From: Escherichia coli
Lineage (GTDB): Bacteria; Pseudomonadota; Gammaproteobacteria; Enterobacterales; Enterobacteriaceae
DNA length: 64,000 nt
Reading direction: 5' to 3' (one strand)
NCBI RefSeq assembly: GCF_001677475.2
Contig: NZ_CP015229.1
In this document: one piece after another, positions 12,041-23,663 of the stretch
Layout of the letters: each line of letters begins with the position of its first letter
Position numbering within the stretch: position 1 is the first letter of the stretch
Notes under the pieces: model-generated
Seen by the model: only the letters and a program-made list of their open reading frames with translations
Told to the model about the DNA's origin: nothing
Databases searched by the model: none
Translations under genes and position numbers: made by a program

Positions 12041-12919
12041 TTATTGGAAAAATTGAGAGGGAGTTTCACGTAACATCACATCCACATCGGCCTGACTGAA
12101 TCCTGACTGGCGCAATTGCGGAATAAAGGTGGTCAATAAATAGTCATAGCCATAACCACCGTTGGCTTTTAAATGGGAGCGGCGCGTAATATCCATCGAC
12201 AGCATGACGCGGTTCAGCAACCCACGGTCGCGTAGCGCATGAAGCATCGCAATACGCATTTCGTCCGGGTAGTAACTGTTCTTACCAATGGTGTCGAACT
12301 GCACATACGCGCCGAGATCGATCATCTTCAAAATGTTGTCGAGGTTGTCTTTCAGATCGCAGTGACCAACGGTGACGCGCGAAAGATCAACTCCGTGGGC
12401 TTGCAGTAGCGCCAGTTGTTCCAGACCCATGGTGCTAAAAGAGGTATGCGTGGAGATCGGACGTCCGGTCTGGTTATGTGCCAGCGCGGCGGCAATAAAC
12501 ACCTTCTCTTCCAGCGGCGTAATCTTCCCTTCGCTGGAGCCGATCTCCGCGATGATCCCGGCTTTCAGCTCCGTGCCATCGATACCCTGTTCAATTTCAT
12601 CGACCATCTCCTGCGCCAGTTCCTGCACGCTGCGGGTCGCCACATGTTGCGGGAAAAACGCGTCCTGGTAATAACCGGTACAGGCCACCACGTTGATCCC
12701 GGTTTCGCGCATTACATCGAGCATAAATTGCGCATTGCGCCCCATATAACGGTTGGTCATCTCAATCACATTACGCACGCCCTGGGCCATCAGGTCGTTC
12801 ATCTCCTGGCAAATGAACGCATACTGATCAAGGCGGCAGTCCACGTTGTTTTTAAAGCCTGAGAGATCAATATGCAGATGCTCATGGGCGAGGGTGTAAC
12901 CCGTCGGATCAAAACTCAT
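12041..12919 (-). CDS. php: Phosphotriesterase homology protein (amidohydrolase-superfamily binuclear metal hydrolase)
   Basis: Track ORF 12041-12961; start trimmed to [21 protein letters not shown] (292 aa); HxH metal-binding motif visible at N-terminus. Confidence 0.85.
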   Translation of the reverse strand: MSFDPTGYTLAHEHLHIDLSGFKNNVDCRLDQYAFICQEMNDLMAQGVRNVIEMTNRYMGRNAQFMLDVMRETGINVVACTGYYQDAFFPQHVATRSVQELAQEMVDEIEQGIDGTELKAGIIAEIGSSEGKITPLEEKVFIAAALAHNQTGRPISTHTSFSTMGLEQLALLQAHGVDLSRVTVGHCDLKDNLDNILKMIDLGAYVQFDTIGKNSYYPDEMRIAMLHALRDRGLLNRVMLSMDITRRSHLKANGGYGYDYLLTTFIPQLRQSGFSQADVDVMLRETPSQFFQ

Positions 12920-14142
12920 AGGGTGTCTCCTGCAAACCGGAGGGAGGAAAGAAAAGAGCAACCATTTTGTGGCGGTGGCGCACGGAAAAATTCACACACG
13001 GTAGCCCCCACATCAGAAAGCGTGGTGCGCACACCGAGTTGCGTGTGGACCAGCCCTTGCTGATAAACCAGCACCGGCACCATTTCGCGGGTATGGTGGC
13101 TGTGACCGATTGTCGGATCGTTACCATGATCCGCCATCACGACCAGGCAATCATCTGGCTGCATCACCTCAACAAGCCGGGCAAGGTTTCGGTCAACGAC
13201 CTGCAAACGTTCGGCATAACGTGCGACGTCTTCTGCGTGACCAGCGAGGTCGGTTTCCTGGATATTGGTGCAAATAAACGCCGTCGGATGCGTGTTAAAT
13301 TCGTCGAGGGTGATATCCATAATCCGCTGGCTATCCACCAGGTTTTGCCAGCTCACGCCATAAGGATTGCTGGCAATATCCGCCACTTTCCCCACCAGCA
13401 CGGTTGGTACGCCCACTTCATACAGTTTTTGTGGCACCTGCACTTTATCATCGACACCGTAGCCCATATGCACGACCTGGAAGCCGTTGTCATAAGCGCC
13501 TGAACGCGGCGCATTGATACCAATAAAGCGCCCTTCTTTGCTTTCTGCGGCATCGAGAATGCGTTGACTGTCGGGTAACAGGCCGCCAAATGTAATGACC
13601 CGACCGACCTGTACCTGCTCACGCACAATACGACCAATTTTGATTGCGTCGTCAAAAGAGATCACAGAGAGATTGGCGGTGATGTTATAGACCTGGCCTA
13701 AATCCGCCTCGAGATTATCGCCAATCGCAACCGCCTGATTGACCCACAGAAATTGCAGATCATCGCCACGGCGCTCCACCTGCCAGCCTGCGGAAACTAA
13801 TGCCTGCTCAACACGGTCAATCACATCGCGAAAGGGCATCCGCAGCGGCGGTAACGGGCGCGTGCCTAAAATTTCCTGATGCCCCATAAAGGTATCGCCA
13901 CCTTCATGTTGCAGCTCTGCCACGCCCCAGGTTGCGGAGTCTGACGGCTGCATATCTCCAGGCGCATAACCTAATGCGTTGATTAGCCCCATTTTCTCCA
14001 GCATTGGTAGCTGCAAATGCGGCAACTGGCTCAGGATGTGACCACAGGTATTTGCCCCGGCATCCTGCGGACGCACCAACGTGACATCTTTCATTGCCCC
14101 TACGCCAAAGCTATCAATCACTAACACCACAAATCGCGCCAT
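12916..14142 (-). CDS. yhfW: Uncharacterised phosphopentomutase-like metalloenzyme
   Basis: 408-aa ORF; stop overlaps php start; contains ADHGNDPT motif typical of phosphopentomutase/alkaline-phosphatase superfamily. Confidence 0.8.
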   Translation of the reverse strand: MARFVVLVIDSFGVGAMKDVTLVRPQDAGANTCGHILSQLPHLQLPMLEKMGLINALGYAPGDMQPSDSATWGVAELQHEGGDTFMGHQEILGTRPLPPLRMPFRDVIDRVEQALVSAGWQVERRGDDLQFLWVNQAVAIGDNLEADLGQVYNITANLSVISFDDAIKIGRIVREQVQVGRVITFGGLLPDSQRILDAAESKEGRFIGINAPRSGAYDNGFQVVHMGYGVDDKVQVPQKLYEVGVPTVLVGKVADIASNPYGVSWQNLVDSQRIMDITLDEFNTHPTAFICTNIQETDLAGHAEDVARYAERLQVVDRNLARLVEVMQPDDCLVVMADHGNDPTIGHSHHTREMVPVLVYQQGLVHTQLGVRTTLSDVGATVCEFFRAPPPQNGCSFLSSLRFAGDTL

Positions 14143-15305
14143 TACGCCTCCAGAGGGTTGCCGAGGCTGTCATAACGACCCACAATCTCTGCCGCGCCAC
14201 GCTGAATACCAGACACCAGCACCACATCGCTACGGGTGACAAAAATCTGCGTGCGAAAACAGAGCACCACTGCACTGCTTACCGGATGCTCACCTGCCAG
14301 CGGCAGGGTGTAGTCGATACCGCTGTCATCCACGGCTTTGAGATATGTTTCAGTCACGCTTTGATTCTCTGGCGTAAACACCAACGCATGTTGCGCATGA
14401 CCACGACGGTAATAACCGCCGCCGTAGCAGTAGCTGTCACCACGGAAGTGATGGGAAATTTCGCTCAGCCAAAGCATCGCGATACGTTCAGGCTGGTCTC
14501 CCTGCTGGTTTACCGGAATCGTCCCCGTCAGTGCATGACCGGGTTCGGCATGAGTCACACCGTATTCCGCCAGTAATGGCAGCGAAGTGCAGCTGGTCGC
14601 TGAAGGCGCGTTCAGTTGCTCAATCGCAATACCAGATTTCGCCAGTTGATCCCGTACCTGTATCAGCGTGTGAAGATTCGGTGTCGGCAAAACTTTCCCG
14701 GCAGCCTCATCCCAAAGCAGGCAAGGGAAATGGGTTAGTCCGGCTAAATGCAGCCCCGGCAGTTTCTTAATTTCAGCAACCACCTCGTGCAGCGAATGCT
14801 GTACAAAACCGCTCTCCTGCCCCGGATAAAGAAAATCATCGTCGCTATAAACTTTGAGCAGCACAGACTGGATTCGCCCGGCCTTCACCGCCGCCGCAGA
14901 AACTTCCCGCGCTTTGTCGAGAGTAAACACGGTGATGACGTCGGTGCCCTGTTCAACGGCGTCAGCAACCTGATGACAAGGGATTTGTACCAGATGCCCC
15001 TGATGCGCCACCGGCAAACCAGCGCGGCGCATGACTCGCGCCTCTTTGTAATCCACCGCCACAATGCCGCTGTAGCCCAATGCCAGCAGTTTTTCCGCCA
15101 GCCACGGATTACGACCGAATTGTTTGGTCATCAGATACAGTTCAATGCCGTAAAGCCGTGCCGTCTCAATCAGCCGCTTACCGTTTTCCAGTATCTGATC
15201 CACGTCGATCACCCAGCTGTCCGGGGCGATCTTGCCCTGCTGCCACAGGCTTAGTGCGGCGGAAATCAGCGCCGGGTTCTGGCGTTTCAATGCTTCTACA
15301 AACAT
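14142..15305 (-). CDS. yhfX: Uncharacterised alanine-racemase-like (PLP fold type III) protein
   Basis: 387-aa ORF; 1-nt overlap with yhfW start; recognised as YhfX. Confidence 0.8.
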   Translation of the reverse strand: MFVEALKRQNPALISAALSLWQQGKIAPDSWVIDVDQILENGKRLIETARLYGIELYLMTKQFGRNPWLAEKLLALGYSGIVAVDYKEARVMRRAGLPVAHQGHLVQIPCHQVADAVEQGTDVITVFTLDKAREVSAAAVKAGRIQSVLLKVYSDDDFLYPGQESGFVQHSLHEVVAEIKKLPGLHLAGLTHFPCLLWDEAAGKVLPTPNLHTLIQVRDQLAKSGIAIEQLNAPSATSCTSLPLLAEYGVTHAEPGHALTGTIPVNQQGDQPERIAMLWLSEISHHFRGDSYCYGGGYYRRGHAQHALVFTPENQSVTETYLKAVDDSGIDYTLPLAGEHPVSSAVVLCFRTQIFVTRSDVVLVSGIQRGAAEIVGRYDSLGNPLEA

Positions 15306-15388
15306 CTTGTTGCCTCGTTTCTGTTCCTTGAGTTAAATATTCATTTTTTTGAATATTTAGGTTGTGCGACGTGGATTTGTCGGGAGCT

Positions 15389-15751
15389 TCAAACCTCTTC
15401 GTTAGCAGCCATCCATAATCCATAAAGGTTGGCCAGCAAATAGCCTTCTTCACACGGGTTAACTTCCAATGCGAATTCCTTCAACAACACCTGATGCAAT
15501 TGCACAACGGCTTGCCAGTGGCTGGATTGCGCCAGCTCTGCCAGCAACTCGTTATCCAGTGGCTCAATTTCTTCACCACGGCGACTGCGCATAAGTGCAC
15601 TCGCCATATGTGTCATCGCCATCGTTCCTTGCTCACTGCGCACCGGCAGATGGCACTCTTTTTCCAGTACGTTGACGACCTGCATCATGCCTTTGCAGAT
15701 GTCCTTATCGATGACCCCTGCATCGCAAAGCAGGTTGAGTCTGGTTTCCAT
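15389..15751 (-). CDS. yhfY: Uncharacterised protein YhfY (120 aa)
   Basis: Track ORF 15389-15871; start trimmed to METRLNLLCDAG. Confidence 0.7.
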   Translation of the reverse strand: METRLNLLCDAGVIDKDICKGMMQVVNVLEKECHLPVRSEQGTMAMTHMASALMRSRRGEEIEPLDNELLAELAQSSHWQAVVQLHQVLLKEFALEVNPCEEGYLLANLYGLWMAANEEV

Positions 15752-15767
15752 TTCAGATGCCTTTGGT

Positions 15768-16673
15768 TTAATAACTGGGTTCCTGTTCCCCACTGACCAC
15801 TCGTTGTTGATGGGCAAGCAGGGCCTGTTTATCAACAACTGCACGCAGCAATTGTTGCATTGGGTAATCATCGACTCGCGTCAGGACCACGGCTTCGGTG
15901 GCCTGTAAAAATCGCGGATCGTCTGTGAGCGGCGTCGCTTCTAATCCCAGCATGGTCAGTTCGTTTTCCGCCACCACGTTCCAGATCACCGCATCAACAT
16001 CGCCTTTAACAATGCGTTGTAAACTCTCGTGATAAGAGAGATCGACACGTTCCACATCACTATCGCCAAAAAAGACATCGGTCATGATTTTCTGATCCGC
16101 CGAACGGTTATCCAGCCCCACGCGCTTCACGTTTGCGGACTCGCCTTTACGGCATATCAACTGGTGTTCGCCAACGTAGGTGTGCGGCCCCAATTCCAGC
16201 GCGAGGCATAACCCTTTTTGCGTGAGATAACTTTCCGCCGCCAGTCGGGAAACCACCGCCATGTCATACACGCCGTTAAGTAAACACTCCACGCGAATAT
16301 CCGCGCCGCGCATATGCGCATAGTAAAAAGGAATGCCATCAAACTGGGCTTTCAATCCGCTCGCTAAACCTTCGTACAAGCGGGTATAGGGCAAAGGCAT
16401 CGCACATACCACGTTGTTGATATCCACATGGCTCAGCAATGCTTTGTTATCCATCTCGACCAGATAACTGCCATTGCGCCCACGGCGTTCAATCCGTATC
16501 GCTCCGCTTGATTCCAGTGTTTTCAACGCTGCCTGCGTCAGGCCAACGGATGAACGGCATTCAGTTGCCAGCTCATCTATGGTTTTCAACCTATTACCGC
16601 ATTTTTCACCCAACAAATAACGGGCCAGCGTCGTGATAACGACGCCTTCTTTTTTGATAAACGTTCGACGCAT
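15768..16673 (-). CDS. yhfZ: Uncharacterised putative regulator YhfZ (N-terminal HTH-like region)
   Basis: 301-aa ORF; first gene of the yhfZ-to-yhfS co-directional cluster; AT-rich promoter region with palindrome upstream. Confidence 0.75.
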   Translation of the reverse strand: MRRTFIKKEGVVITTLARYLLGEKCGNRLKTIDELATECRSSVGLTQAALKTLESSGAIRIERRGRNGSYLVEMDNKALLSHVDINNVVCAMPLPYTRLYEGLASGLKAQFDGIPFYYAHMRGADIRVECLLNGVYDMAVVSRLAAESYLTQKGLCLALELGPHTYVGEHQLICRKGESANVKRVGLDNRSADQKIMTDVFFGDSDVERVDLSYHESLQRIVKGDVDAVIWNVVAENELTMLGLEATPLTDDPRFLQATEAVVLTRVDDYPMQQLLRAVVDKQALLAHQQRVVSGEQEPSY

Positions 16674-16702
16674 AATATATTTTCAATAAAATGAATGTTT
16701 AT

Positions 16703-16722
16703 ATCTTCATTAAAATGAAGAT
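16703..16722. promoter_or_regulatory. Near-perfect 20-bp palindrome in the yhfZ upstream region (candidate operator)
   Basis: atcttcatt-aa-aatgaagat, about 30 bp upstream of the yhfZ start codon. Confidence 0.4.
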
Positions 16723-16791
16723 AAGTGGCAACTGTGAGATGTGGAAACGGCGAGGCGCTTCACATTTTTTCGGATTATTGCAAATGAGGAT

Positions 16792-16817
16792 AAAAAAACC
16801 GGGTTTCCCCGGTTTTT
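16792..16817. terminator. Bidirectional intrinsic terminator downstream of trpS
   Basis: aaaaaaa-ccggg-tttc-cccgg-ttttt: stem-loop flanked by A-run and T-run, 15 bp past the trpS stop. Confidence 0.65.
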
Positions 16818-16832
16818 GGCATTAATGTTAAA

Positions 16833-17837
16833 TTACGGCTTCGCCACAAAACCAATCGCTTCGTACACCGCTTTTAGCGTACGGGAAGCGTGTGCGCTGG
16901 CTTTTTCCGCGCCATCTTTCATCACCTGTTGCAGGAAGGCTTCGTCATTGCGGAAACGGTGATAGCGTTCCTGCAATTCAGTCAGCATACCGGAAACGGC
17001 ATCAGCCACTTCGCCTTTCAGATGACCATACATCTTGCCTTCGAACTGTTTTTCCAGTTCCGGGATGCTCTGGCCCGTTACCGCAGAAAGGATATCCAGC
17101 AGGTTGGAAACGCCCGCTTTGTTCTGCACATCGTAGCGAACTACCGGCGGCTCGTCGGAGTCAGTGACCGCGCGTTTGATTTTCTTCACTACCGATTTCG
17201 GATCTTCCAGCAGGCCGATAACGTTATTGCGGTTATCGTCAGACTTGGACATCTTCTTGGTCGGCTCCAGCAGCGACATTACGCGCGCGCCAGATTTCGG
17301 AATAAACGGCTCCGGCACCTTAAAGATCTCACCATACAGCGCGTTGAAACGCTGAGCGATATCGCGGCTCAGTTCCAGGTGCTGTTTCTGGTCTTCACCC
17401 ACAGGTACCAGATTAGTTTGATACAGCAGGATGTCCGCAGCCATCAGCACCGGATAGTCAAACAGACCAGCGTTGATGTTCTCGGCATAACGCGCAGATT
17501 TATCTTTAAACTGCGTCATGCGGCTCAGTTCGCCGAAGTAGGTATAGCAGTTCAGTGCCCAGCCTAACTGCGCATGTTCCGGTACGTGGGACTGAACAAA
17601 AATGGTGCTTTTCTCAGGATCGATACCACAAGCCAGATACAAGGCCAGCGTATCCAGCGTCGCTTTACGCAGCTTCTGTGCATCCTGGCGCACGGTGATC
17701 GCGTGTTGGTCAACGATACAGTAAATGCAATGGTAGTCATCCTGCATGTTTACCCACTGACGCAGCGCACCCATGTAGTTACCAATGGTCAATTCACCTG
17801 AGGGCTGTGCGCCACTAAAAACGATGGGCTTAGTCAT
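16833..17837 (-). CDS. trpS: Tryptophan--tRNA ligase
   Basis: 334-aa ORF starting [21 protein letters not shown]; class I aaRS with KMSKS motif (KMSKS present). Confidence 0.95.
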   Translation of the reverse strand: MTKPIVFSGAQPSGELTIGNYMGALRQWVNMQDDYHCIYCIVDQHAITVRQDAQKLRKATLDTLALYLACGIDPEKSTIFVQSHVPEHAQLGWALNCYTYFGELSRMTQFKDKSARYAENINAGLFDYPVLMAADILLYQTNLVPVGEDQKQHLELSRDIAQRFNALYGEIFKVPEPFIPKSGARVMSLLEPTKKMSKSDDNRNNVIGLLEDPKSVVKKIKRAVTDSDEPPVVRYDVQNKAGVSNLLDILSAVTGQSIPELEKQFEGKMYGHLKGEVADAVSGMLTELQERYHRFRNDEAFLQQVMKDGAEKASAHASRTLKAVYEAIGFVAKP

Positions 17838-18588
17838 TTTTCGATTCCTGATTTTCGCTATGCGGAAGCCCTAATGCGGGCAGAAGGTCATTTATAGACT
17901 GATAAATTACATCAGGCTGGCTGAGATCGATAGCCTCGCCGTAGTTATATCCGTAGGTTAAGCCAACGGATGGGCAACCTGCCGCTTTTGCCGCCTGAAT
18001 ATCATTGCGTGAGTCGCCGACAAACAGCATCTGTTGTGGGGCAATTCCCATCCGCTCAGCCACCAGTAACAGCGGGTCCGGATGCGGTTTTTTGTTTTGC
18101 ACATCATCACCGCCGATAACCACACTGAAGTATTTGGCGATATCTAAGGCTTCGAGCAGCGGCGCGACGAACGGCGTCGGTTTGTTGGTGACCAGGCCTA
18201 GCGGCAGGCCTTTAGCCTGCAACGCGCCCAACGTATCGGCAACGTGTGGGAACAAAAACGTCCCCTCTTCGGCAACCTCGCCATAGTAGCGATCGAACAG
18301 TTTACGCAGAATACGTATCTGTTCTTCTGCCGGAATGTCGTCATCAACGGGCGGTTTACCCATTGTTTTACGCTGAGTCGCACGTTCCTGACGCGCCCAG
18401 GTCAATGCGCGCTCCATCAGAACATCTGCGCCGTTACCAATCCAGGTAATAACGCGTTCTTCACCTGCGACGGGCAACTCCAGCGCATACAGCGCCATAT
18501 CTACCGCAGCAGCAAGACCAGGAGCACTGTCGACCAGCGTACCATCAAGATCAAAAGCGACGCCGCGAATATCTTCAAACTTATTCAT
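17830..18588 (-). CDS. gph: Phosphoglycolate phosphatase (HAD superfamily)
   Basis: 252-aa ORF; HAD DxDGTLVDS motif near N-terminus; 8-nt overlap with trpS start. Confidence 0.9.
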   Translation of the reverse strand: MNKFEDIRGVAFDLDGTLVDSAPGLAAAVDMALYALELPVAGEERVITWIGNGADVLMERALTWARQERATQRKTMGKPPVDDDIPAEEQIRILRKLFDRYYGEVAEEGTFLFPHVADTLGALQAKGLPLGLVTNKPTPFVAPLLEALDIAKYFSVVIGGDDVQNKKPHPDPLLLVAERMGIAPQQMLFVGDSRNDIQAAKAAGCPSVGLTYGYNYGEAIDLSQPDVIYQSINDLLPALGLPHSENQESKND

Positions 18589-19258
18589 GACTTACCTTTG
18601 CCAGTTCACTGCGCATTTCATCAATGACTTTTTTGTAGTCTGGCTGGTCGAAGATTGCCGAACCGGCGACGAACATATCCGCGCCCGCCGCAGCGATTTC
18701 GCCAATGTTGTTCACCTTCACACCACCGTCCACTTCCAGACGAATGTCAAAGCCAGACTCGTCGATACGACGACGTACTTCGCGCAGTTTATCCAGTGTT
18801 TGAGGAATGAAAGACTGACCGCCGAAACCAGGATTGACGGACATCAGCAGGATCACATCCAGCTTATCCATCACGTAATCCAGATAGCTCAGCGGTGTCG
18901 CCGGGTTAAATACCAGACCCGCTTTACAGCCATTTTCTTTAATCAGTTGCAGCGTGCGGTCAACATGCTCGGAGGCTTCTGGATGAAAGGTAATGATGCT
19001 GGCACCAGCGGCAGCGAAATCAGGCACAATGCGATCGACGGGTTTCACCATCAGATGTACGTCGATAGGGGCGGTAATGCCGTAGTTACGCAAGGATTTC
19101 AGCACCATTGGCCCAATCGTCAGATTGGGAACATAGTGGTTATCCATGACGTCAAAATGCACGACATCAGCGCCAGCTGCCAGGGCTTTTGCGGTATCTT
19201 CACCCAGGCGGGCAAAATCAGCCGACAGAATTGAGGGGGCAATCAAATACTGTTTCAT
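18581..19258 (-). CDS. rpe: Ribulose-phosphate 3-epimerase
   Basis: 225-aa ORF; recognised Rpe sequence; overlaps gph start. Confidence 0.9.
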   Translation of the reverse strand: MKQYLIAPSILSADFARLGEDTAKALAAGADVVHFDVMDNHYVPNLTIGPMVLKSLRNYGITAPIDVHLMVKPVDRIVPDFAAAGASIITFHPEASEHVDRTLQLIKENGCKAGLVFNPATPLSYLDYVMDKLDVILLMSVNPGFGGQSFIPQTLDKLREVRRRIDESGFDIRLEVDGGVKVNNIGEIAAAGADMFVAGSAIFDQPDYKKVIDEMRSELAKVSHE

Positions 19259-19275
19259 CCGCTTCTCCTTGAGAA

Positions 19276-20112
19276 TTATTTTTTCGCGGGTGAAACGACT
19301 CCTGGTTTGTACAAAGCCAGCAGTTCGTCCACCTTTTTACGTGTGCCGCCGTTGCTGCTTATACTGCGTCGAACTTTGACGACATGCAATTTTGCGCGCT
19401 GATACCACTCACGCGTTAACATCGTATCGTGATTGGAGATCAGCACAGGAATATGGCGATCAACCAGACCTTCGGCGATCTCCGCCAGATGCGCTTGTTG
19501 TTCAAGCGTAAAACTGTTTGTGTGATACGCCGTAAAGTTGGCGGTCGCAGACAGCGGTGCATAAGGCGGATCGCAATAGACGACGGATGCATCATCTGCG
19601 CGCGCCATGCTATCGGCGTAAGACTCACAATAGAAAAAGGCATTCTGCGCTTTTTCAGCGAAGTGATACAACTCTGCTTCCGGGAAATAGGGTTTTTTGT
19701 AGCGGCCAAACGGCACGTTAAACTCACCGCGCAGATTGTAACGACACAGGCCGTTGTAACCGTAGCGGTTCAAATATAAAAACAGTACCGCCCGACGGAA
19801 CGGATCCTGGCTTTTGTTGAACTCTTCGCGGAACTGATAGTAAACCTCGGCGCAATTTGTTTCGGGAACAAACAGCTCGCGTGCGGCCTGTACGTACTCA
19901 TCAGTACGCATTTTCACAATGTTATAGAGACTGATCAGGTCGCTATTGATATCGGCAAGGATATAACGAGAAAAGTCGGTGTTGAGAAACACCGACCCGG
20001 CACCTACAAAAGGCTCAACCAGACATTCGCCCTTGGGCAAATGCCGTTTAATATCATCAAGCAGGGGATACTTGCCCCCTGCCCACTTCAAAAAAGCGCG
20101 ATTTTTCTTCAT
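19276..20112 (-). CDS. dam: DNA adenine methyltransferase (GATC)
   Basis: 278-aa ORF; DPPY catalytic motif present ([11 protein letters not shown]). Confidence 0.95.
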   Translation of the reverse strand: MKKNRAFLKWAGGKYPLLDDIKRHLPKGECLVEPFVGAGSVFLNTDFSRYILADINSDLISLYNIVKMRTDEYVQAARELFVPETNCAEVYYQFREEFNKSQDPFRRAVLFLYLNRYGYNGLCRYNLRGEFNVPFGRYKKPYFPEAELYHFAEKAQNAFFYCESYADSMARADDASVVYCDPPYAPLSATANFTAYHTNSFTLEQQAHLAEIAEGLVDRHIPVLISNHDTMLTREWYQRAKLHVVKVRRSISSNGGTRKKVDELLALYKPGVVSPAKK

Positions 20113-20218
20113 GCTGACTAACTAATTACACCTTCTCCGGCTGTGGAGAAAGCTCCGACAGCATCCAGCGCTTCAGGCAGCTCCCGCAACGATAACCCAT
20201 TGCGGGAGATAACCTTGA

Positions 20219-21505
20219 TTACTTCAGATCGGCCTGTACCTGACGCAGCGGTTTCGCCCACGGGTTTTTGGCCTGGACATCTGCTGGCAATGTAGATACC
20301 GCTTTTTTCGCCTCTTCTTTCGAAGCGTACACGCCAGAAACCAGGACATACCACGGCTGACCATTACGCGTCGTTTCATAGACAACGTAGTTTTTCAGAT
20401 TCTCTTTCTTCGCCCAACCGTTCAGGTTGTCGTAGTTAGAGGAACTGCTCAGCTGCAGAGTGTAATGGCTGGACGGTGCCGATTTCAACGAACCAACATT
20501 ACCTGCGGTCTTCGCCCCAGCAGCGGGTGTTGCTGTGGTTTGCGCCGGGGATGCCGTCTGTACTGGAGCCGTAGTCGCCGTCTCTTTTGGTGCTGGCGTA
20601 GAAGTCGCAGCCGGTGCCTTCGTGCTCGCCACAGGGGCAGCTGGTTCAGTACGCTTCGGCGTCTGTGCTACCGGCTTCGGCTCCGTTTTCACGGTTGCTT
20701 GCGGTTTTTTCGGTTCAATCACCGCCTGCTGACGAGCTGGGCGCGTAGTGGCCGGACGTTCAGCGGTTTGCGTTTTCGCCGTGTCACGCGATGCATTGCC
20801 ATTGCGAACAGGCGCGACAGTCGCGGGTTCAGTCGGCAACGTGGAATTGACCGCCACATTGTTCAGCTGTTGCTGATTTTGTGGCTGGGTCAGCGCATTG
20901 TTCAGGTCACCCTGCACTTCAACACGTTGTTGACCATCCGTTGCCGCCGGGGTTTGCCCTTGAGTCGGCGTAGAAGAGATCGGTGGCAGAGAAACATCCT
21001 GCTGAGTATTTTCCGCAGACGTGGTTCCCGGCGCTGGCTGCACGCCATTCGCCTGATCGGTCGCATTGCCAGCAAGATCAATACTCTTCTCGCCAGACGC
21101 GGTTTGATCGCTGGAAGAGGTCGAGGGGGCTTTTAGCGCAGAACCGATACCGATGATCAACAGCAGTAGAACCAGAATGCCGACGCCCATCATCATATAC
21201 TGACGAGAAGCGGGTTTACTGGCTGCTTTTTTGCGCTTACGCGGACGACGCTCTACGCGCTCTTCATCCACGGTTTCATCTTCGGATTCGTCAATTTCTT
21301 CTTCGATTTCCGGTTCCTCATTGCGCTCTTTTTGCGCACGAGTCGGACGGCGATCGTCAGTGTCATCAAGTTCAATATCATCAAAATTGATCTGCGGTTC
21401 GCCACGTTCAGTACGCTCAGAACGTTCAGAAGATTGACGAGAACGACCAGTACGACGATCGCTGGGATCGGGTTTCAGCTCGTCTTCTGGTTTGAATTCA
21501 TCCAT
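20219..21505 (-). CDS. damX: Cell-division protein DamX (SPOR domain, low-complexity Pro/Thr/Ala/Gln-rich linker)
   Basis: 428-aa ORF; acidic N-terminus, single TM, long low-complexity linker, C-terminal SPOR-like domain. Confidence 0.9.
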   Translation of the reverse strand: MDEFKPEDELKPDPSDRRTGRSRQSSERSERTERGEPQINFDDIELDDTDDRRPTRAQKERNEEPEIEEEIDESEDETVDEERVERRPRKRKKAASKPASRQYMMMGVGILVLLLLIIGIGSALKAPSTSSSDQTASGEKSIDLAGNATDQANGVQPAPGTTSAENTQQDVSLPPISSTPTQGQTPAATDGQQRVEVQGDLNNALTQPQNQQQLNNVAVNSTLPTEPATVAPVRNGNASRDTAKTQTAERPATTRPARQQAVIEPKKPQATVKTEPKPVAQTPKRTEPAAPVASTKAPAATSTPAPKETATTAPVQTASPAQTTATPAAGAKTAGNVGSLKSAPSSHYTLQLSSSSNYDNLNGWAKKENLKNYVVYETTRNGQPWYVLVSGVYASKEEAKKAVSTLPADVQAKNPWAKPLRQVQADLK

Positions 21506-21596
21506 TTAACACCCCACTAAAAGGTTAATGCTTACCACGTTGCAATTAACCTGAAGCTAATAGACCGCTTGATAAGCGGCCTGACCTTTCTTGTTG

Positions 21597-22685
21597 TTAC
21601 GCTGATTGACAATCGGCAATGGCGTTAAGAACAAGCTCGTGCGAAACGCCGCTGCGAACTTCACTCTTACCAATTGCCAACGGAAGAATTAAGCGTATCT
21701 CTCCCGCAAGGACTTTCTTGTCACGCAGCATATGCGGTAAATACGCCTGCGCGGACATTTCGCGCGGCCCATTGACCGGTAACCCAGCCCGCTTGAGCAG
21801 GGTTATAATACGCTGCGTTTCGGCAGAACTAAACTGCCCGAGACGTTCCGACGTCCGCGCCGCCATCACCATACCCGCAGCGACCGCTTCACCATGTAAC
21901 CAATTGCCATACCCCATTTCAGCTTCAATGGCATGACCAAAGGTGTGTCCCAGATTCAGTAAAGCACGTAACCCGGTTTCGCGCTCGTCGGCGGCGACAA
22001 CTTCTGCTTTCAGCTCACAACAACGGCGGATACAGTACGCCATTGCCGGACCGTCCAGACGCAACAACGCATCCAGATTCTCTTCCAGCCAGTTGAAAAA
22101 CGCACCGTCAAGAATAATGCCGTATTTGATGACTTCTGCCAGCCCCGACGCTAACTCACGCGGGGGAAGCGTTTTCAGACAGTCGAGATCCACCACCACT
22201 GAAGCAGGCTGGTAGAACGCGCCAATCATGTTTTTACCGAGGGGATGGTTGACCGCAGTTTTGCCGCCAACGGAGGAATCGACCTGCGACAGTAACGTCG
22301 TCGGGACTTGAATGAAACGTACGCCGCGCTGATAACTCGCCGCCGCGAAGCCGGTCAGATCGCCCACTACGCCGCCGCCAAGCGCCACCAACGTAGTATC
22401 GCGACCATGCGGCTTTTGTAACAACGCCGTAAAGACGGTATCGAGTACAGCCAGGCTTTTATACTGCTCGCCGTCAGGGAGGATAACGCTATCGACGTTA
22501 ACACCCGCCTGTTCAAGTACGCCGCGGACCTTATCGAGATACAGAGGAGCCAGGGTTTCGTTGGTGACCAACATGACCTGCTCGCCCGATTTCAGCGGTA
22601 AGAATGAAGCTGGTTCATTAAACAAACCAGATGCGATGGTAATTGGGTAACTACGTTCCCCGAGAGTAACGACAATCCTCTCCAT
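21597..22685 (-). CDS. aroB: 3-dehydroquinate synthase
   Basis: 362-aa ORF; recognised AroB sequence. Confidence 0.95.
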   Translation of the reverse strand: MERIVVTLGERSYPITIASGLFNEPASFLPLKSGEQVMLVTNETLAPLYLDKVRGVLEQAGVNVDSVILPDGEQYKSLAVLDTVFTALLQKPHGRDTTLVALGGGVVGDLTGFAAASYQRGVRFIQVPTTLLSQVDSSVGGKTAVNHPLGKNMIGAFYQPASVVVDLDCLKTLPPRELASGLAEVIKYGIILDGAFFNWLEENLDALLRLDGPAMAYCIRRCCELKAEVVAADERETGLRALLNLGHTFGHAIEAEMGYGNWLHGEAVAAGMVMAARTSERLGQFSSAETQRIITLLKRAGLPVNGPREMSAQAYLPHMLRDKKVLAGEIRLILPLAIGKSEVRSGVSHELVLNAIADCQSA

Positions 22686-22741
22686 AACGCGACATCCACC
22701 TTAATTACTGTACCCGCAGACGAGTGTATATAAAGCCAGAA

Positions 22742-23263
22742 TTAGTTGCTTTCCAGCATGTGAATAATCTGGTTAGCGACCACTTTAGCGCTTTGATCAT
22801 CAGTACGAATGGTCACGTCGGCAATCTCTTCATACAGCGGATTGCGTTCATTGGCCAACGCTTCCAGAACTTCACGCGGCGGTGTTTCAACGTGCAGCAA
22901 CGGGCGTTTTTTATCACGCTGCGTGCGTGCAAGTTGCTTTTCGATGGTCGTTTCAAGATAAACGACAACGCCACGAGCGGAAAGACGGTTACGCGTTTCA
23001 CGGGATTTCACAGAGCCGCCGCCAGTAGCCAGCACAATACCCTGTTTCTCGGTCAACTCATTGATGACCTTTTCTTCGCGATCGCGGAAGCCTTCTTCGC
23101 CTTCTAAATCGAAAACCCAGCCCACATCAGCTCCGGTTCGTTTCTCAATCTCTTGATCGGAATCGTAAAATTCCATATTGAGTTGTTGAGCTAACTGGCG
23201 CCCAATAGTGCTTTTTCCGGCACCCATAGGCCCAACCAGAAAGATATTGCGTTTCTCTGCCAT
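22742..23263 (-). CDS. aroK: Shikimate kinase I
   Basis: Track ORF 22742-23464; start trimmed to [19 protein letters not shown] (173 aa); Walker [10 protein letters not shown]. Confidence 0.9.
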   Translation of the reverse strand: MAEKRNIFLVGPMGAGKSTIGRQLAQQLNMEFYDSDQEIEKRTGADVGWVFDLEGEEGFRDREEKVINELTEKQGIVLATGGGSVKSRETRNRLSARGVVVYLETTIEKQLARTQRDKKRPLLHVETPPREVLEALANERNPLYEEIADVTIRTDDQSAKVVANQIIHMLESN

Positions 23264-23663
23264 TTTTTCGGTACTACTAAGACTATTCGTTAATGATAAA
23301 CCCGCTTCGCTCAGAGAGCGCCGCAGGACATGAACTGAAACCTCATAAGATATTGCGAGAGTCAGACTGAAAATTATCTCAATACTCCAGCGGGTTTGGC
23401 AACTGAATAAATCACCCATCCCTCTGCATATCTGGTCGCTGCAAGCGCGCTGCCTTGCTACCACCGCTCTGGCGATAAATCACCGGGTAAGATTAGCGTA
23501 AAAAAGACAGCAAAATGCCGCCTGAATGATAAATCATCATCATGGAACGCAGGCAGCGAAGAGCACCAACTCTCAAATCGGTACTCCTTGTATGCTAAAT
23601 ACCTGCGCGCGTCAAATAGATGAAACACGTTCAGCGTAAAAACATTACCGCTTTTACGGCTGT

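Noticed and set aside
20465-21136. 223-aa Arg-rich plus-strand ORF
   Set aside because: Antisense to the low-complexity linker of damX; a compositional artefact.
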